Shown here: in pieces, positions 25,254 to 37,872 of the stretch | Layout: the number at the start of each line of letters is the position of its first letter | How positions within the stretch are numbered: the stretch's first letter is position 1 | Assembly (NCBI GenBank): GCA_017499595.2 | Contig: CM039006.1 | Location: forward strand, 992,001-1,056,000 | Source of the DNA: Psilocybe cubensis | Taxonomy: Eukaryota | DNA: 64,000 bases | Direction of reading: 5' to 3' | Program-made: the position numbers and the translations under genes | The notes under the pieces: generated by a model | What the model was told of the DNA's origin: nothing | The model's input: the letters and a program-made list of their open reading frames with translations, nothing else | The model's database searches: none

Positions 25254-27481
25254 TCATAGGTCCGCTGGATCGATATATTTCGAGCGAGCTCTTAGCCGAT
25301 CGCCATATTTGTACAAAATCCAGAGTCCTGGAATCAACGCGATGGACAGGCCAGCAAGCATGGAGCAGCCTCCTCCAATTGTGAGTCTGTGATACAGAGG
25401 TGTTCCGAAAAGACTAATATATATGGCATATATTAGCAAGAAAGATTTCAAGCCAATGCAAATTTATACGTACGGGAAACATCCAGCTACGGTAGACCGG
25501 AAGAGGTCATTGCCTGCAAGAATAGATGCAGCGTACTTCGGATACGATGATGGCAAGTAGACGAGTACACTCTGGAAGAGAAGGAATAACCTATGGAGGT
25601 CGACGCCTTAGTAAAAAAACCACTAAGGATACTTGAAAAAATTGCGTACCCAGGTAAATACAATGCAGCACCAATGGTCGGAACTATCCAATGGATGCTA
25701 GCCCTCGACGTCCATCCTGAAATCGTACATTAGCACTTGTTTTTTTCATTTGACATTTAACCAAAGAACGTACCAAACATGAAAAGGGAGAGAGGAATAA
25801 AAGCAGAAGCGAAGAGCGCGACGCCGAGTCGGGACTCCGGGATAATTTTCCCTGTTCTCCTGTACTCCGGTTCGACACGATAGTAATTCCATGCGACGTA
25901 TCCCAAGCTTGTAATGATGCCTGACACCATCAATCCCAAAAACGGAAGACCGGATAGTCCCAAATTGAAATGGTAGATATCGTTATACACCAATGGGAAC
26001 GCCTCAAACCACACTGTACATAGAAATTAACAAACATAATGTGTTTCTTCGAAGGTTTGACTCACAATAGAAGATAGCATAGGCCAATCCGATGTAAATG
26101 TTGGCATACAAAACTGCAGGTTCGAACATCAATTGAATGGGACGAAGAAGCGCCTCGAAAAGAACCTCAGATGTTTTCATCTGGGATTGTTTAATTTCAC
26201 TTTCGCTGAAGAGGTTAGGATTGCCGGTCAATGCTCTCAGCCGACGGGCGCGCTTCAGGAGAATGGTTTCGGCATAGGTCTCGGGGAGCCAGAATACGAG
26301 AATTGCAAACGCAGCAGATGCGATCCAAAATAGCTCCCAAATTGGCCATCTCCATGTTTCTTTCATGGCCGCGAATCCGCCGATGGTAGGTCCCAAAACG
26401 GCTAAGGTATGTTAGTAAAACAAGCAATCAGAGCAGTAGTCCATTACTTACGTCCGCAGAGTGCTGCTATAGCCCATGAGATTAGAGCATACGGAAGTTT
26501 GACCATGGGGAACCTGTTTTTCGGGGGGAAGTCATGAGCATAATGTAGAAACGATGATTAGAATGACATACATATCCTGGATAGAAGCGCCTCCAGTGGC
26601 TAAAGCAGGAGAGCCAAAAAATCCGGCAAAGAAGCGCATGGCAAGAAGAGTCTGAATGTTAGGAGCAAAGATGGTGGGGAGTTGAAGCAGTGCAAATATC
26701 AGCAAAGTCGCCATGTAGATTGGTGTTCTTCCAATCGACGGAATCTCTGACAATGGGCTGAAAATTAAAGGTCCAATGCCATAGCCAATGACGTATAGAG
26801 AGAGTCCTAATGTCGCCGTTGTTTTTGAAACGTCAAAATGTTCCATGATTCCTGGTATAGATGGAGTGCTGGAGGAGAGAAGATTAAATTGACACACTTA
26901 AGATTGAAATGCGCAGACACTCACTATATAGCTGATCCGATGTAGACACTGAATGTCAAGAGAGATATCAGGCCAAGAACAAATAAGCGCTTGTTCAAGC
27001 TCCAGTTTCTATCATAATTTTTAGCGATCCATCGTCAATCAACGACAAATAAAAAGGCGCACTTCGGATTATCAGGGTCATGGTCGTTATACCAATCGAC
27101 AATTACAGTTCCAGAGTGTGTGTCTTGAATGGTCTCTTCGCGCACCATGTTGACATTTACACTATAACGACCCTTTCCCCCCTTCTCGGCATACGAGAGT
27201 GATGTTCGACGAGATTCGGGTACAGGAGGGCCATCTTCTGATAATCGCGCTGGCGTTTGAGATTCCTCTGTGATGTCCTCGCGACTCGGTTTCCGAGTTG
27301 GTACAGTGGGATCCCTCTTCTCCGATACGAAAGTGGCAGTTGCAGATGAAGAAGCGGTATTCACCAGAAAGCTTTCTGGGACAGTCCACCCCGGGCGTTG
27401 ATCTGGATAGGGCAAATATCGCCCTCCGGAAAGGATGTTGATGAAAACGCCTACGGTTGAATCTCTAAAAGTATCAGACAT
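25254..27481 (-). CDS. MFS DHA1 transporter, paralogue of the gene at 11669
   Basis: [11 protein letters not shown].., [56 protein letters not shown]; intron positions match the first copy. Confidence 0.93.
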
Positions 27482-28155
27482 CAGAGTCGAGGTCTGCGGG
27501 GAAGGTGGAGGGGAATAAGTTTACTGAAAAATTCCAGCTGGTTGATAACCAGCTTATATAGACGAGTCCCTTCTCCTCCATGATAACTCCTTGGAAGTCG
27601 CAATCACTGCGATTTGACTCACCGAGTGAGCGATCGCCGTTGCCGGCCCACTAGGGCAATTTTTGACTCGAAGTCCAAAGGGTACTCAGGTTCATAACAT
27701 GAGTGTTGTAAATTAAGCTTCGTAAAACTCGCATCGGACCTGTAATGCATTTGATTGGTCATCAGAAGCCTCCCTATTTTTGTCGATGCCGAATGCTACG
27801 TAGTACTTACAACAATGAGTTCGATACCCGATCCACCGGCATCGACATCGAGAGAAGGTCGCCATTGCTAGTACTAGTACTCAGGAAGGTGAATCGAAAC
27901 TTTGAAAAATTCCCATTGTACCTCGTAAACAAAAAGTGTCATCGATCGAAGAGTGTTGGAACTCCAGTAAAGCATACGGGTTGTATCAAATGAAACTGAC
28001 AAAGCATATATCTAGCAAAGACGAACATATAATAAGTGAGGGTGCTTCAGGATGTTGCACAGCACAGCGGAAAACGGACGTAATGTCAAATTACATGCGC
28101 ATGAAAGGGAGCTGACTCTGCGGGTTATTTATAGATGCCGCGTCATCCGGGACCA

Positions 28156-28555
28156 TCATGATGCCATCTCATAGGCATGAATGAGTACCAGCACTGTACT
28201 GAGAGAATGAATCTCATTACGTTTAGAGAACATGTCTGAAGCACTCATACCTGCAGAAATAAATGCGTCCCAGGCCCAGACTCTGTAAAGCATCGACTGA
28301 TCGCGTGTGTAGGAAGAATGCCACAATCATGAGTAATGCTGCAATGGCATTGATCTTTGACTTAAAGAAATCCATACTGAGTCCCAGGCAGTGAACCGTT
28401 CAGGTACCCACTTTTATTATGTGATGCTTGACAGAACCTGTAAGACAACAGAGATGGGGCAAATCTCAGTAGATGATTGTCAAGTTGTAAGAAAAGTAAA
28501 CGAGAACGGACTGTTGATACCTATGATAAACATCACTCCTTGACCCATGGTCCAT
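28156..28555 (-). other. Possible small spliced gene or transcript
   Basis: Three well-formed introns (GTATCA..TTACAG, GTGGGT..TTTAAG, GTATGA..TCTCAG); the spliced sequence is open in two frames (~65-70 aa); no recognisable family. Confidence 0.3.
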
Positions 28556-29132
28556 GAAAAGGTAGAGCAAACCCTTTGATGGAGTCCGGCGAGGACATTC
28601 CTGAGCTCTCAGTGGAAAAAACTTCTGGCATCCCCGGACAATGCATTTCAGAAGGGTGAGGCTAAACAGTATCTCCGATCTACCTCTCCCGCGTCATCCA
28701 AGGCAGCATTAGCGCATTGCCAGTGTTTGTAGCAGTATACGCATCATCGCTCCGTGGGCATTGGAAAAGTACTAGTAAGTCAAATCTGACAAAACAAAAG
28801 CATGGCACCCATTCTTATATGCGGATATATATTCCTAAAGGTTATTTCGCGTTGGTTGGCGTTCAACGCGACGAGTAGAGTGAAAACAAAAGTTTTACGG
28901 TAGTCAATGTCAGCGAGTCCATTGAAAGCGAGGTTTCAGGACGCGACAAAATCACACTCATGGTCCACTTGCTTTCTAGAGTCACGTGGGATGACTGATC
29001 GCGACTGGTCACGCCAATAATTCGAACCTCGTTGCCCCTATCAGTTCAGTGGCTACAATTCTTGACCTCAGCGTTTAAACGTTAAACTTTTAATACCCAG
29101 TCCTCAACTTCAGCAGCCTCAGGACTACTAGC

Positions 29133-29619
29133 ATGGATTCATCTAATTCACCCCAAGATATTACAAGTGTTCAACAACACCCGATTGAACGAGAGCCTAT
29201 TGCCAATGTTGGCTCAACCGAGAACGCAGGCCAGGGCCTGCGGGGCCTCGAGGATGTTGAGATAGAGGAAGCTGAGCTGCACCAAGAGATATTAGCTCCT
29301 ACACAGTCTGTGGAAGACACAGTATCCACGGTGAGTACAATTCTGGCATGCTATATGCTCTCCCTGCTGACTTTATCTGTATCCCAAGGGTTTTGAGTTT
29401 GACCTTCCCACCGACATCCTCACTGATCTGGATATGGACGCATATTCCGATTTCAGCGAGATTCCTCAACCAATCAGTATGGATGACGAAAGATTTGAAA
29501 GTACCGATATAATTGTCTCCTTGGGACAACCCTTCAACTACTATCTCGGATGGATAGTGCTGATTATCAGTATTAATAACATCCCAGAGCTGGTTTGGTG
29601 GTATGATGCTTATGGCTAG
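29133..29619 (+). CDS. Small acidic hypothetical protein with hydrophobic C-terminus
   Basis: MDSSNSPQ...EDTVST, intron ~29331-29388 (GTGAGT..CCCAAG), GFEFDLP...LGWIVLIISINNIPELVWWYDAYG-TAG. Confidence 0.55.
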
Positions 29620-29832
29620 CAATAGAACTGTGTCATACATATCCAATATTTATCCACTACCTTTTCTCAGCAATCTACCATTAATTAGTCCATAGGTTGC
29701 AATTCTCTTGTTCTCTTTGTATTTGCTTTCATCAGAGCACTCTCATTTTGTTTTGATTACACGGACCTGTTGTACTATAGAATTGTAAAAGCCGCTACTA
29801 TAACAATGTACAAACAAGCCCATTCCACTACA

Positions 29833-31437
29833 CTATACATGTCCATCCCACTGAGTCTGGCAGCCGAGAACTTGCAGCTCACTCACAAAGGTTTGAACTG
29901 ATGCGCCAAGACAGCATTTCACCTCAACGCATTGAATAGGCATTCCATCATCGTGGCGTTGGTATAGAAACGCAACAAGATTGTCAACAAACTGCTGCGT
30001 TCTGAATTCTACTCTATAGAACAATATCGTTGACAGCGCTGGAAAAAGCTTTCTGCCGAGACGATTAAACTCGAGGTTCAAGCTGAGCAGGTTATTGGGT
30101 GTAGGGTTATCACTGACACGCAGATGTTTTACGTTCGGAAAATGACCGAAAAAGTCAACAAAGAAGTCAAGCGTCTGAGTGTCATTTTGCCATAAGATAA
30201 GGTGTAGGTCCGTTACGTCTGTGCCAATGGCTTGTAAAACCATTCCAATCGAAGACGCTATGCCAGCGGGAATGACTTTGCAGCTTGATCGATCGATAAT
30301 CCACAATACAGAGAAGATTGTTTTGTCTAATGTGTGGTGGTTATTAGTAAGCAACATTCGGTTGGAGTATAACTCGACGGAAAGACCGTGAACCTTTTGA
30401 GCAGCGGCGCGTACGGTTAGCTGGTTCACAGTAGCCTTGGTCATTGGTAGCAGATATGCGTTATCCCTAATCCCCCAAACACGGATACGAATGTCACAAG
30501 CAGGTGGAATGTCGATATGAGTGATAATGTTTGTGCATGATTCCTGTTCTCCGCAAAGTTTGAACGAACGGAGCAGTGGTAAAGAAACGGGAAATGATGG
30601 CTGAGCTGCGTGGTTCCCATCCGGGCTGGCGGGATTATCTTCTTTGAAGCAATTGTAAAGCCCCAATGTCTCAAGCCGGTTCAGACAAGCTAACAAGTGT
30701 AACCACTTCATAGATGGAAATCCTATGACCGGCGGTCCTTGAACATAGAGCTTGGAAAGATTCTGAAAAACAGGAGACTCCAACTGTGGGCAACAATTTG
30801 AGAAATGGACTTTTTTAACTTGTAACCCTCCTTCTTTAAACATGACCAGTTCCTTGAAGCCGGCATACACTGAAAGTGCTAGAGTTTCGAGATGCAATGC
30901 TGCAGAAATTGTCGCCGAGATTTTAGCTTCTACACTCTCCAAACGACCTGTGTCCCGCACAACCATGGAAAATAGGCGACAGGAGGGGAGTAGGGATAAA
31001 GCCAGATGAAATTTCTCGTCATCGTGATCTACAGGCCTCGTCGGGATCCTGGCCAATCTGTTGTGTAGGTAGACCAACGAGGGCCGACGGAAACGCCACG
31101 TCTCCTGTACACCTCTACCAGTCAAAGCCCCATCAAATATCGGTGGGTACATGACAGTGAGTGGAGTCTGTCCTGCCCGTAAAAGAACTGTACGGATCCA
31201 TGGCATGGTATCCGCAAAGTCCAATGAGGTTGCCCAGATGAGAGGATATCCAAGAATCAACTCTCGCCAGCTATGAGAAACATGAGTCATGTTCCTTACG
31301 GTGACGCTTGGAATATGTGGGTGGTCGAAACTGAATCGAGAATTGAGAAGAAAGATTTGTGACAATACATCATCGCTTAGCATAGAGATGTGTGCTTGAG
31401 AATTATGAAGACGAAGTTGGATTATGGTTGTCTCCAT
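29833..31437 (-). CDS. F-box-like / RNI-like LRR protein (expanded agaric family)
   Basis: Intronless. ISMLSDDVLSQIF...MTHVSHSWRELILGYPLIWATSL...VLLRAGQTPLTV followed by LxxLxL repeats and LFPALSTI. Confidence 0.8.
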   Translation of the reverse strand: METTIIQLRLHNSQAHISMLSDDVLSQIFLLNSRFSFDHPHIPSVTVRNMTHVSHSWRELILGYPLIWATSLDFADTMPWIRTVLLRAGQTPLTVMYPPIFDGALTGRGVQETWRFRRPSLVYLHNRLARIPTRPVDHDDEKFHLALSLLPSCRLFSMVVRDTGRLESVEAKISATISAALHLETLALSVYAGFKELVMFKEGGLQVKKVHFSNCCPQLESPVFQNLSKLYVQGPPVIGFPSMKWLHLLACLNRLETLGLYNCFKEDNPASPDGNHAAQPSFPVSLPLLRSFKLCGEQESCTNIITHIDIPPACDIRIRVWGIRDNAYLLPMTKATVNQLTVRAAAQKVHGLSVELYSNRMLLTNNHHTLDKTIFSVLWIIDRSSCKVIPAGIASSIGMVLQAIGTDVTDLHLILWQNDTQTLDFFVDFFGHFPNVKHLRVSDNPTPNNLLSLNLEFNRLGRKLFPALSTILFYRVEFRTQQFVDNLVAFLYQRHDDGMPIQCVEVKCCLGASVQTFVSELQVLGCQTQWDGHV

Positions 31438-31832
31438 TGGGAATGCGGTGGTGGTTCGAGAAATAGCTGTGGGGAAAGCTGTCAAACAATGAGGTGATAA
31501 CTTCACGATAACACCTAACACCAAATGAGCACACAAGTTTTAGGATGTATTACACTTACTCAACAACTGTTTTACAAAGGATTTATGTCAACCTATGAGG
31601 AACATCGACAAGCTCCCTGGATCAATGGCATAGCTTCGGTGAATTTCTGAAGAAGCCTGGTGTTGCGGCAACTTGGCTACATGCCTAATAGCACAACACC
31701 TCCGGAACTACCCGGAGGTTGGCGTAATCTGATAACTCGCGTTGTCATCATATCCAACTTGAACAAGTTATGCAGGTATATTTCTTATGTATCTGACGGA
31801 AATTTCTTCGCCAATGGAATATTCCGTATTCA

Positions 31833-33993
31833 TTACCGCCTTTTGAACAATAATTTGGCCTTCATGTTAGGGATAGGATTTGCCCCTATCCACAAGTCAG
31901 GCGGGCGTTTTCCGTTGCACTCATCCGGCAGCTTCACATCGTAACTTAAGACAATGTATGCAATCATGGCTTTGAGCTCGTTTGCAGCAAAAAAGCGGCC
32001 AGGGCTAGATTTGGTCGAGTTGATCAGATCAAGGCATACAATGGGTCAAGATGATTTTGGTTGTAACTGACCAGGCATGTCGTCCTATTCCGAACGTAAC
32101 ATTATCTGGGCTGAGTGAAACAATTTGGTGTTTCCCTAAATCTGTGCTTGCTTTATCTCTTAGGTCTGCAAACCTGAATCCCTGAAACTCTCGAGCATGT
32201 GGATAATTTCTCTGGTTCGAAGGATCAATTCGACTCTTTATCTGCAATTAGCAAGACAGCCCAGCTTACCTCGTCGGTATGAGTGGAATAGCTACAAAAT
32301 GCAATGTGCGTTCCTGCAGGGACTGTAACGCCATTCGAGAAAGAAAAATCCTTTAGGACTTTGCGAGCCAATGCCACTAATAGTGACAGTGAGAAATCGT
32401 TGGGATTCTATAGACATTAACGATATCTCACCTCCACCCGCGGTTAGTCTCTGTGATTCTCTGACAAAGCTATCCACCTTGTGTAATTTATCCATGGCCA
32501 TCTTTGTCCACCCTTCTTCATTTGTTACAACCCTGACTTCTTCCCGCATAGGTTCCGCGTACTCAGGGTACGTGGCGAGGTAATATAGCGCATGTGTAAG
32601 CGCCTGGTGAATGTACGTTAAACAATAATGCGTATTTGAGAAATAGGTATCAAACGCACATGTGACGTCGTATGAATCGCTGCAAAGTTTATCGCAAGCA
32701 ACCTCAACGAAATATCGTGGACGGTTCTCTGGGATCCCTTCGCTACTTCGAGAAGCCAGTAGATGAAGTCGTTCTAGCAGTTGGTAAAATGTTCAGCGGC
32801 GTAGCCACTTGGCCCTGAATATTTGAAATCCACACACCTGTGGAACACCCCCTGCCTGAATACAGTCGACTTGTTTCTCTATGTAAGGCTGAAGATGCGA
32901 AACAGCCAATTTAGTGTCAGATGAGACGGTACTAAGCAACCTTCCCATAATACTGCTCAAGTTAATTTCCATATACAAAAAATGTACACTCAAAATCATG
33001 CTTACGGTCTAATAAAGGGGGGGAACATCCTGATCACATTTCCTCTCAAGACCACGTTAACTGTGAATTGTTCATTAAGTTTTACATAGTCTGGCTGGCG
33101 ACCTGCGATTGATTAAACGGTTATTCGGAAAATTTTAATGAGGAATCTCGTATCCACTCACACAACGGGAGGCCAACAAATAATCTGTTACTTGTCCTAC
33201 AGACGATGTGCATGACTGTTTCCAAAGCGGGTACAAGTGTCCAGCCTGTAATTGATATCAATAAGTTTGAAAACCATCATCCCAGAGTCACCTTGAATGA
33301 AGACTAACTATTGTTTGACGTCGGAATGAGTTCACTGAAGGCCGTCAATATTTCATCATGTATATCTGCAAAACGAGTTCCAATGTTTCGCGTAAGTGAT
33401 GTTCGCACAATTGCAACGTGATAGGGATCCTCGCTGATCTAGCGGCCCATGGTGTAGTTAATTTGAAGCACCTATCTCGCCGTTCGAATACCAGTCAGTA
33501 TGTGTGGCTGCACAGAGTTCTTACGATACATACTTCTCCAACAGCATCGTCGAATGACAACTGGTCTTCAGATGCTCGCCGAATATCTTCCAGCATCTGA
33601 GAACCACTGACCATCACTACCCATCGGCCTATATTTGAAATCTTGAAGGCAGCATCCCGATACTTTTCGCAGAAAGGAAGGTCGATTTTAACATGTTTCT
33701 TGCTTAAGAAGACCATATATTTAATAACCCCTCACTTTCTCATAGCCTTCCTGCACCATTTCATGTCCGTGTCGAATGAACTTAACAGCGTCAAAGTAGG
33801 ACATTATTACACCAGAAGAACCTATTGTTGGTATATGCGCGAGCTGCGCAAACGTAGTTAGTATCTAGCTTTAGAGGCAGAACTCGAAACAACTGACTCC
33901 ATGTGTCGTTGCCCTTAACCATTTGGTCAGTGCAAACACAAAAATTACTAACGGGAGTAATACTTGGACTGTAGCTTGAGTTTGTTCGTTCAT
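31833..33993 (-). pseudogene. Cytochrome P450 (CYP512-like) copy 1, with an in-frame TAG
   Basis: Complete exon set (MNEQTQ.., NFAAIHTTS, ESQR, FGIGRHACPGRFFA), but ATG GGC CGC TAG ATC at 33441-33439 where the paralogues read IGPQI. Confidence 0.8.
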
Positions 33994-34450
33994 TGATACG
34001 AAGCATAGAAGAGGGTAGTAGAAAGATAGAGAATTCAGCGCCGAAGTCCAGCTTAATATAACAACATTGCCGATTTAGAGGGTACGGGACTTCATGTTGA
34101 AAGTGATTGTGGATTGCAACATAGTCAGCGGGGGCCGAAGGTTCATGGTGAGAACTGTCCCCATTGAAGTCTAACATGTGCTTCATTCCAAAATAGAAGG
34201 TTCTGGAGGTCTAGGTATTGTCTGAGATTAGCATTGGCAGCAGCTCTCCCCAACAATCTGGGTTGTAGGAAAAACATGACAGATAAGGAAGGGGCAGTGT
34301 AGTTCTTGCAAGCTCAAAAACGTGGATCCTGCTTGATAAAACGGTATATATAGTTAAACACATACCGACACAACATCTTATCTCCTAACGACAAGTTCTG
34401 TTCACCGTTGGTCAGCCTATAACGACCGAAAGTATGTCCCGCAATATTTT

Positions 34451-36538
34451 TCAATCCTTTCTCTTCCTAAACATGAGTTCCGCAGTTCTGTTGGGTGACG
34501 CAGCACCCATGAACCATTGATTCTGGGGTCTGGGTCCATCATTCGGTAGCTTAATGTCGTAATTCAATAAAATATACGCAAGCATTGCTTTGAGTTCGTT
34601 TGCTGCGAAGAAACGACCAGGGCTAGTAAAAATGGTCAGCTCGAAGTTGAAAATGATAAAAGGTATTCGAGTATACCATGCGTGACGCCCTAACCCAAAG
34701 ACCAAGTAATCTGGACTGAGAGACACGAGTAGATGCTTTATGCTCTCCCCTTCTTCTTCCCGCATTTCTGCAAACCTAAATCCTTTGAAAGTGTGAGGAT
34801 CCTCATAGAGTGTCTTTGGAGAAGAAAAAAGAGTCAGCGATGAACAATAATGCTAAAGGAAAACGTACAGGATCCATGTGAGTGGCGTTTGACGTGACCG
34901 CGATATGTGTCCCCGCAGGGATAGTCACACCATTCGAAAATGTAAAGTCTTTGACGACCTTGCGACTCATTATTACTAGTGCGACGGGTCCATTAACAGC
35001 GATTCGTTTGAGGGAGTGTCACCCTTACCAGCTCCGATTGAAAGGCGTTGTGATTCCCTGATAAAACTGTCCAACTTTCGCATTTTACCCATGGACAATT
35101 TAGTCCAGCCATCTGCTTCAATGACGGCTTCAACTTCTTCACGCATTGGCTGAACATACTCTGGACATGAGGCAAGATAAAACAAGGCGTGTGTTAAGGC
35201 CTATAAGGATACCGGTGTGTCAGTTCAATGAAGTATCAAGCACAAGTTGTTCATAGTCGACTCACATGTGAAGTTGTGTGAATCGCAGCAAAGTTGATTG
35301 ATAAGACACGAGTGACAAGATCGCGAGGTAACCTTTGGGGTCCCTGTGCTTCATCCAACAACCAACTTATGAGGTTGTTCTACTCAATATATTAGCGGCG
35401 ATAAGATACGAGGGAGATGAAACATACAGGATTATCGTCGTGACTGGAATTCTTCTCCCGTTCGAGTTGAGCTTCAATCTGGGGGCCAATGTGTTTCATA
35501 GCACGCTTGATGCTCGATGGCACAGTGGTAAGAAGGCGACCGACGATACTGATAAATAACTATTAGAGGAGCACTACGATCCAGCTTTTAAACTTACGGC
35601 CTAAGGATTGGCGGAAACATATTGATGATTTGCCCTGAAACAATTACGTCTACTGTAAATTGTTGATTCAGTTTGACCCAGTCGGGGTCCCTACCTGAAA
35701 TATAATCAATTTCGGTTACAAACGGCAAGAAAGCATATCTCACATAGGGGAAGGCCAACGAAGAGTCGATTGCTCGTACGGCAGACTATGTGCATGATTG
35801 TAGACAGAGCAGGGAATGTTGTCCACTCTGGTATACCTGTCAGACCGCTGAAATGTGCTTAAAAAATGAAAATTTGTACCATTGCCTGTGTTGGGTACAA
35901 TTTCCTCGAAGGCAGTGGATATCTCATCTTTGATATCGGTGAATTTTATGGCAAGATTACGAGTCAAAGGTGTTCGAACAATAGCCGTATGATATGGATC
36001 GGTGCGGATTTGGGGGCCAATGGTATAGTCTGTTTGAATCGACTAGCAAATCATCAATGAGCACATTGTTCTTGCGAGGTACGCTGAAGGAAATACCTCT
36101 CCAACGGCATCATTGAACGAAAGTTCATCATCGCTTGCTCGACGGAGGTCTTCGATCATATCCTTTCCGCTAACCATAACCAACCATCGCGCCATCGTTG
36201 ATACTTTAAACGGGGTGCCATTGTACTAAACAAAGAGGGGTTAAGCAGAGATAAAATTCCAATTGAGCGAATATCGTACCTTCTCGTAACCTTCTTGAAT
36301 CATTTCATGTGCTTCTCGAAAGTATCGGAGGGCATCGAAATAAGAAAGAAAAATATTAGAAGAGCCGACTGTTGGGATGTGCCCCAGCTGAACAGTAAGT
36401 AAAGGCCGTGAGATTATAGTTTAATCAGAAGAGTTGATGTATTGATACCTTATGAGTGGGTGCACGAATAAATCTCACTAGAAAATAGGCCCCTAACAGA
36501 ATCGCAGTTGTTGGGAGTGCACCAAGCATTGTGATCAT
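34451..36538 (-). CDS. Cytochrome P450 (CYP512-like) copy 2
   Basis: MITMLGALPTT.., NFAAIHTTS, ESQR, heme motif FGLGRHACPGRFFAANELK split by an intron. Confidence 0.93.
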
Positions 36539-37872
36539 GATAGTTGAGGGAATAGAAACCGTGCAGAAAGGCAGACAGATTTACATGGCCTATTTATTAT
36601 ATCGTCAATTACACTAGCATCGTTTATACACAAAATATTCACAGTGCACCTTTAGATTCTTCTTTTCCTCCTCTGCATCCGTGCCATATTGGTCTTTGAT
36701 CTTGGAATGTCAAAGTTGTGGCTATTGTTGGGTGAGCTACACACACACCCATGGGATTCTAATGTCACCGCCGGAGGTAGGTCCCGCGAGAGTAATCGGT
36801 CTTAGATAAACCATAGTCGTGATTATATATTCCATTAATATCGTTCAAAAATCTGATCTTCTGTGTGTATTTTGCTTGGCATTATCGACACTACGAACCG
36901 ATTGTTAATGCATGCGTGGGCTTCCTACCTGCTGCATGTTAGAGAAGATGTCAATGGAGAAGTCTTGGCCACACTGACTCACATTGGCCAACTCTCTGAA
37001 TCAAAAAGCATTTCCTTCATCCTCGCAAAATGCCGCCGTATGCACGCATAGCTCAGAAGTCATCGAATAACAATCCAATGCCCTAACACTGGCGTCAGCG
37101 GTACTGTTCGATCATCGGGAGTTACTATAGCACACTTCTTTATCGTCCGAGTCTTCCAGATGTATGCGTGAGCACAAATATCCTTCAGCAAGTACGTGTA
37201 AAGACGTGTAGCGACAAATCATCTTTTTGAGTTTCCAAATTGCAACACCCACGGCGGATAAATGGTTCTTCTGGTCAGGCGAATCGTATCGATGACATCA
37301 GTCCGATGGTAATTCCAGGGTCTTTTGGCGGGACAGCCTAGTATCAAGTGATCTTCAAATTGGAATCGAGCGTACAATGGGTGTAGGGTGGCAGAGGCAC
37401 AACATCGGGAAAAATTGGGCACTGGGCACTTGAAGGCGAACAGCGCTGTGTCAGCCGAACCAACGATAGAGTATTAGTGGGAAAGCCGAGGAGAGTGCTT
37501 CATTTAACTTCGAGGTGTAGTAACCGGGATGTTGCCAGGCAATCCTGGAGCAACAGCATTGGTCAAGCGTTGGTTCAATGGTTGTGAGTAGCCCTTGGTA
37601 GCCGAAACAAGGACAAATTTCCCACAGCCCCTATTTCACCCCTATCTCACTTGGTGATTTCAGTAGGACAGGGAAGAATTCGGGTGACTTCCGCTGCTAC
37701 ACACCGGGCAACTCTGTTAAGGGCTTTTTGGTAGTATAGTAAGCAGTAACAACAACAACACTCGTTGGAGTACAAAATGTTGAAAACATGGGATTGTTTA
37801 CAGCCATAATACAGACAAATTATCTTTTCATGGTCAAAGCCTTACAGTAAAGCTACGCCATCAAGAGCAAGT

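Noticed and set aside
36860-37720. Possible gene relic between P450 copies 2 and 3
   Set aside because: Stops in all frames examined and no P450 or other recognisable motif.
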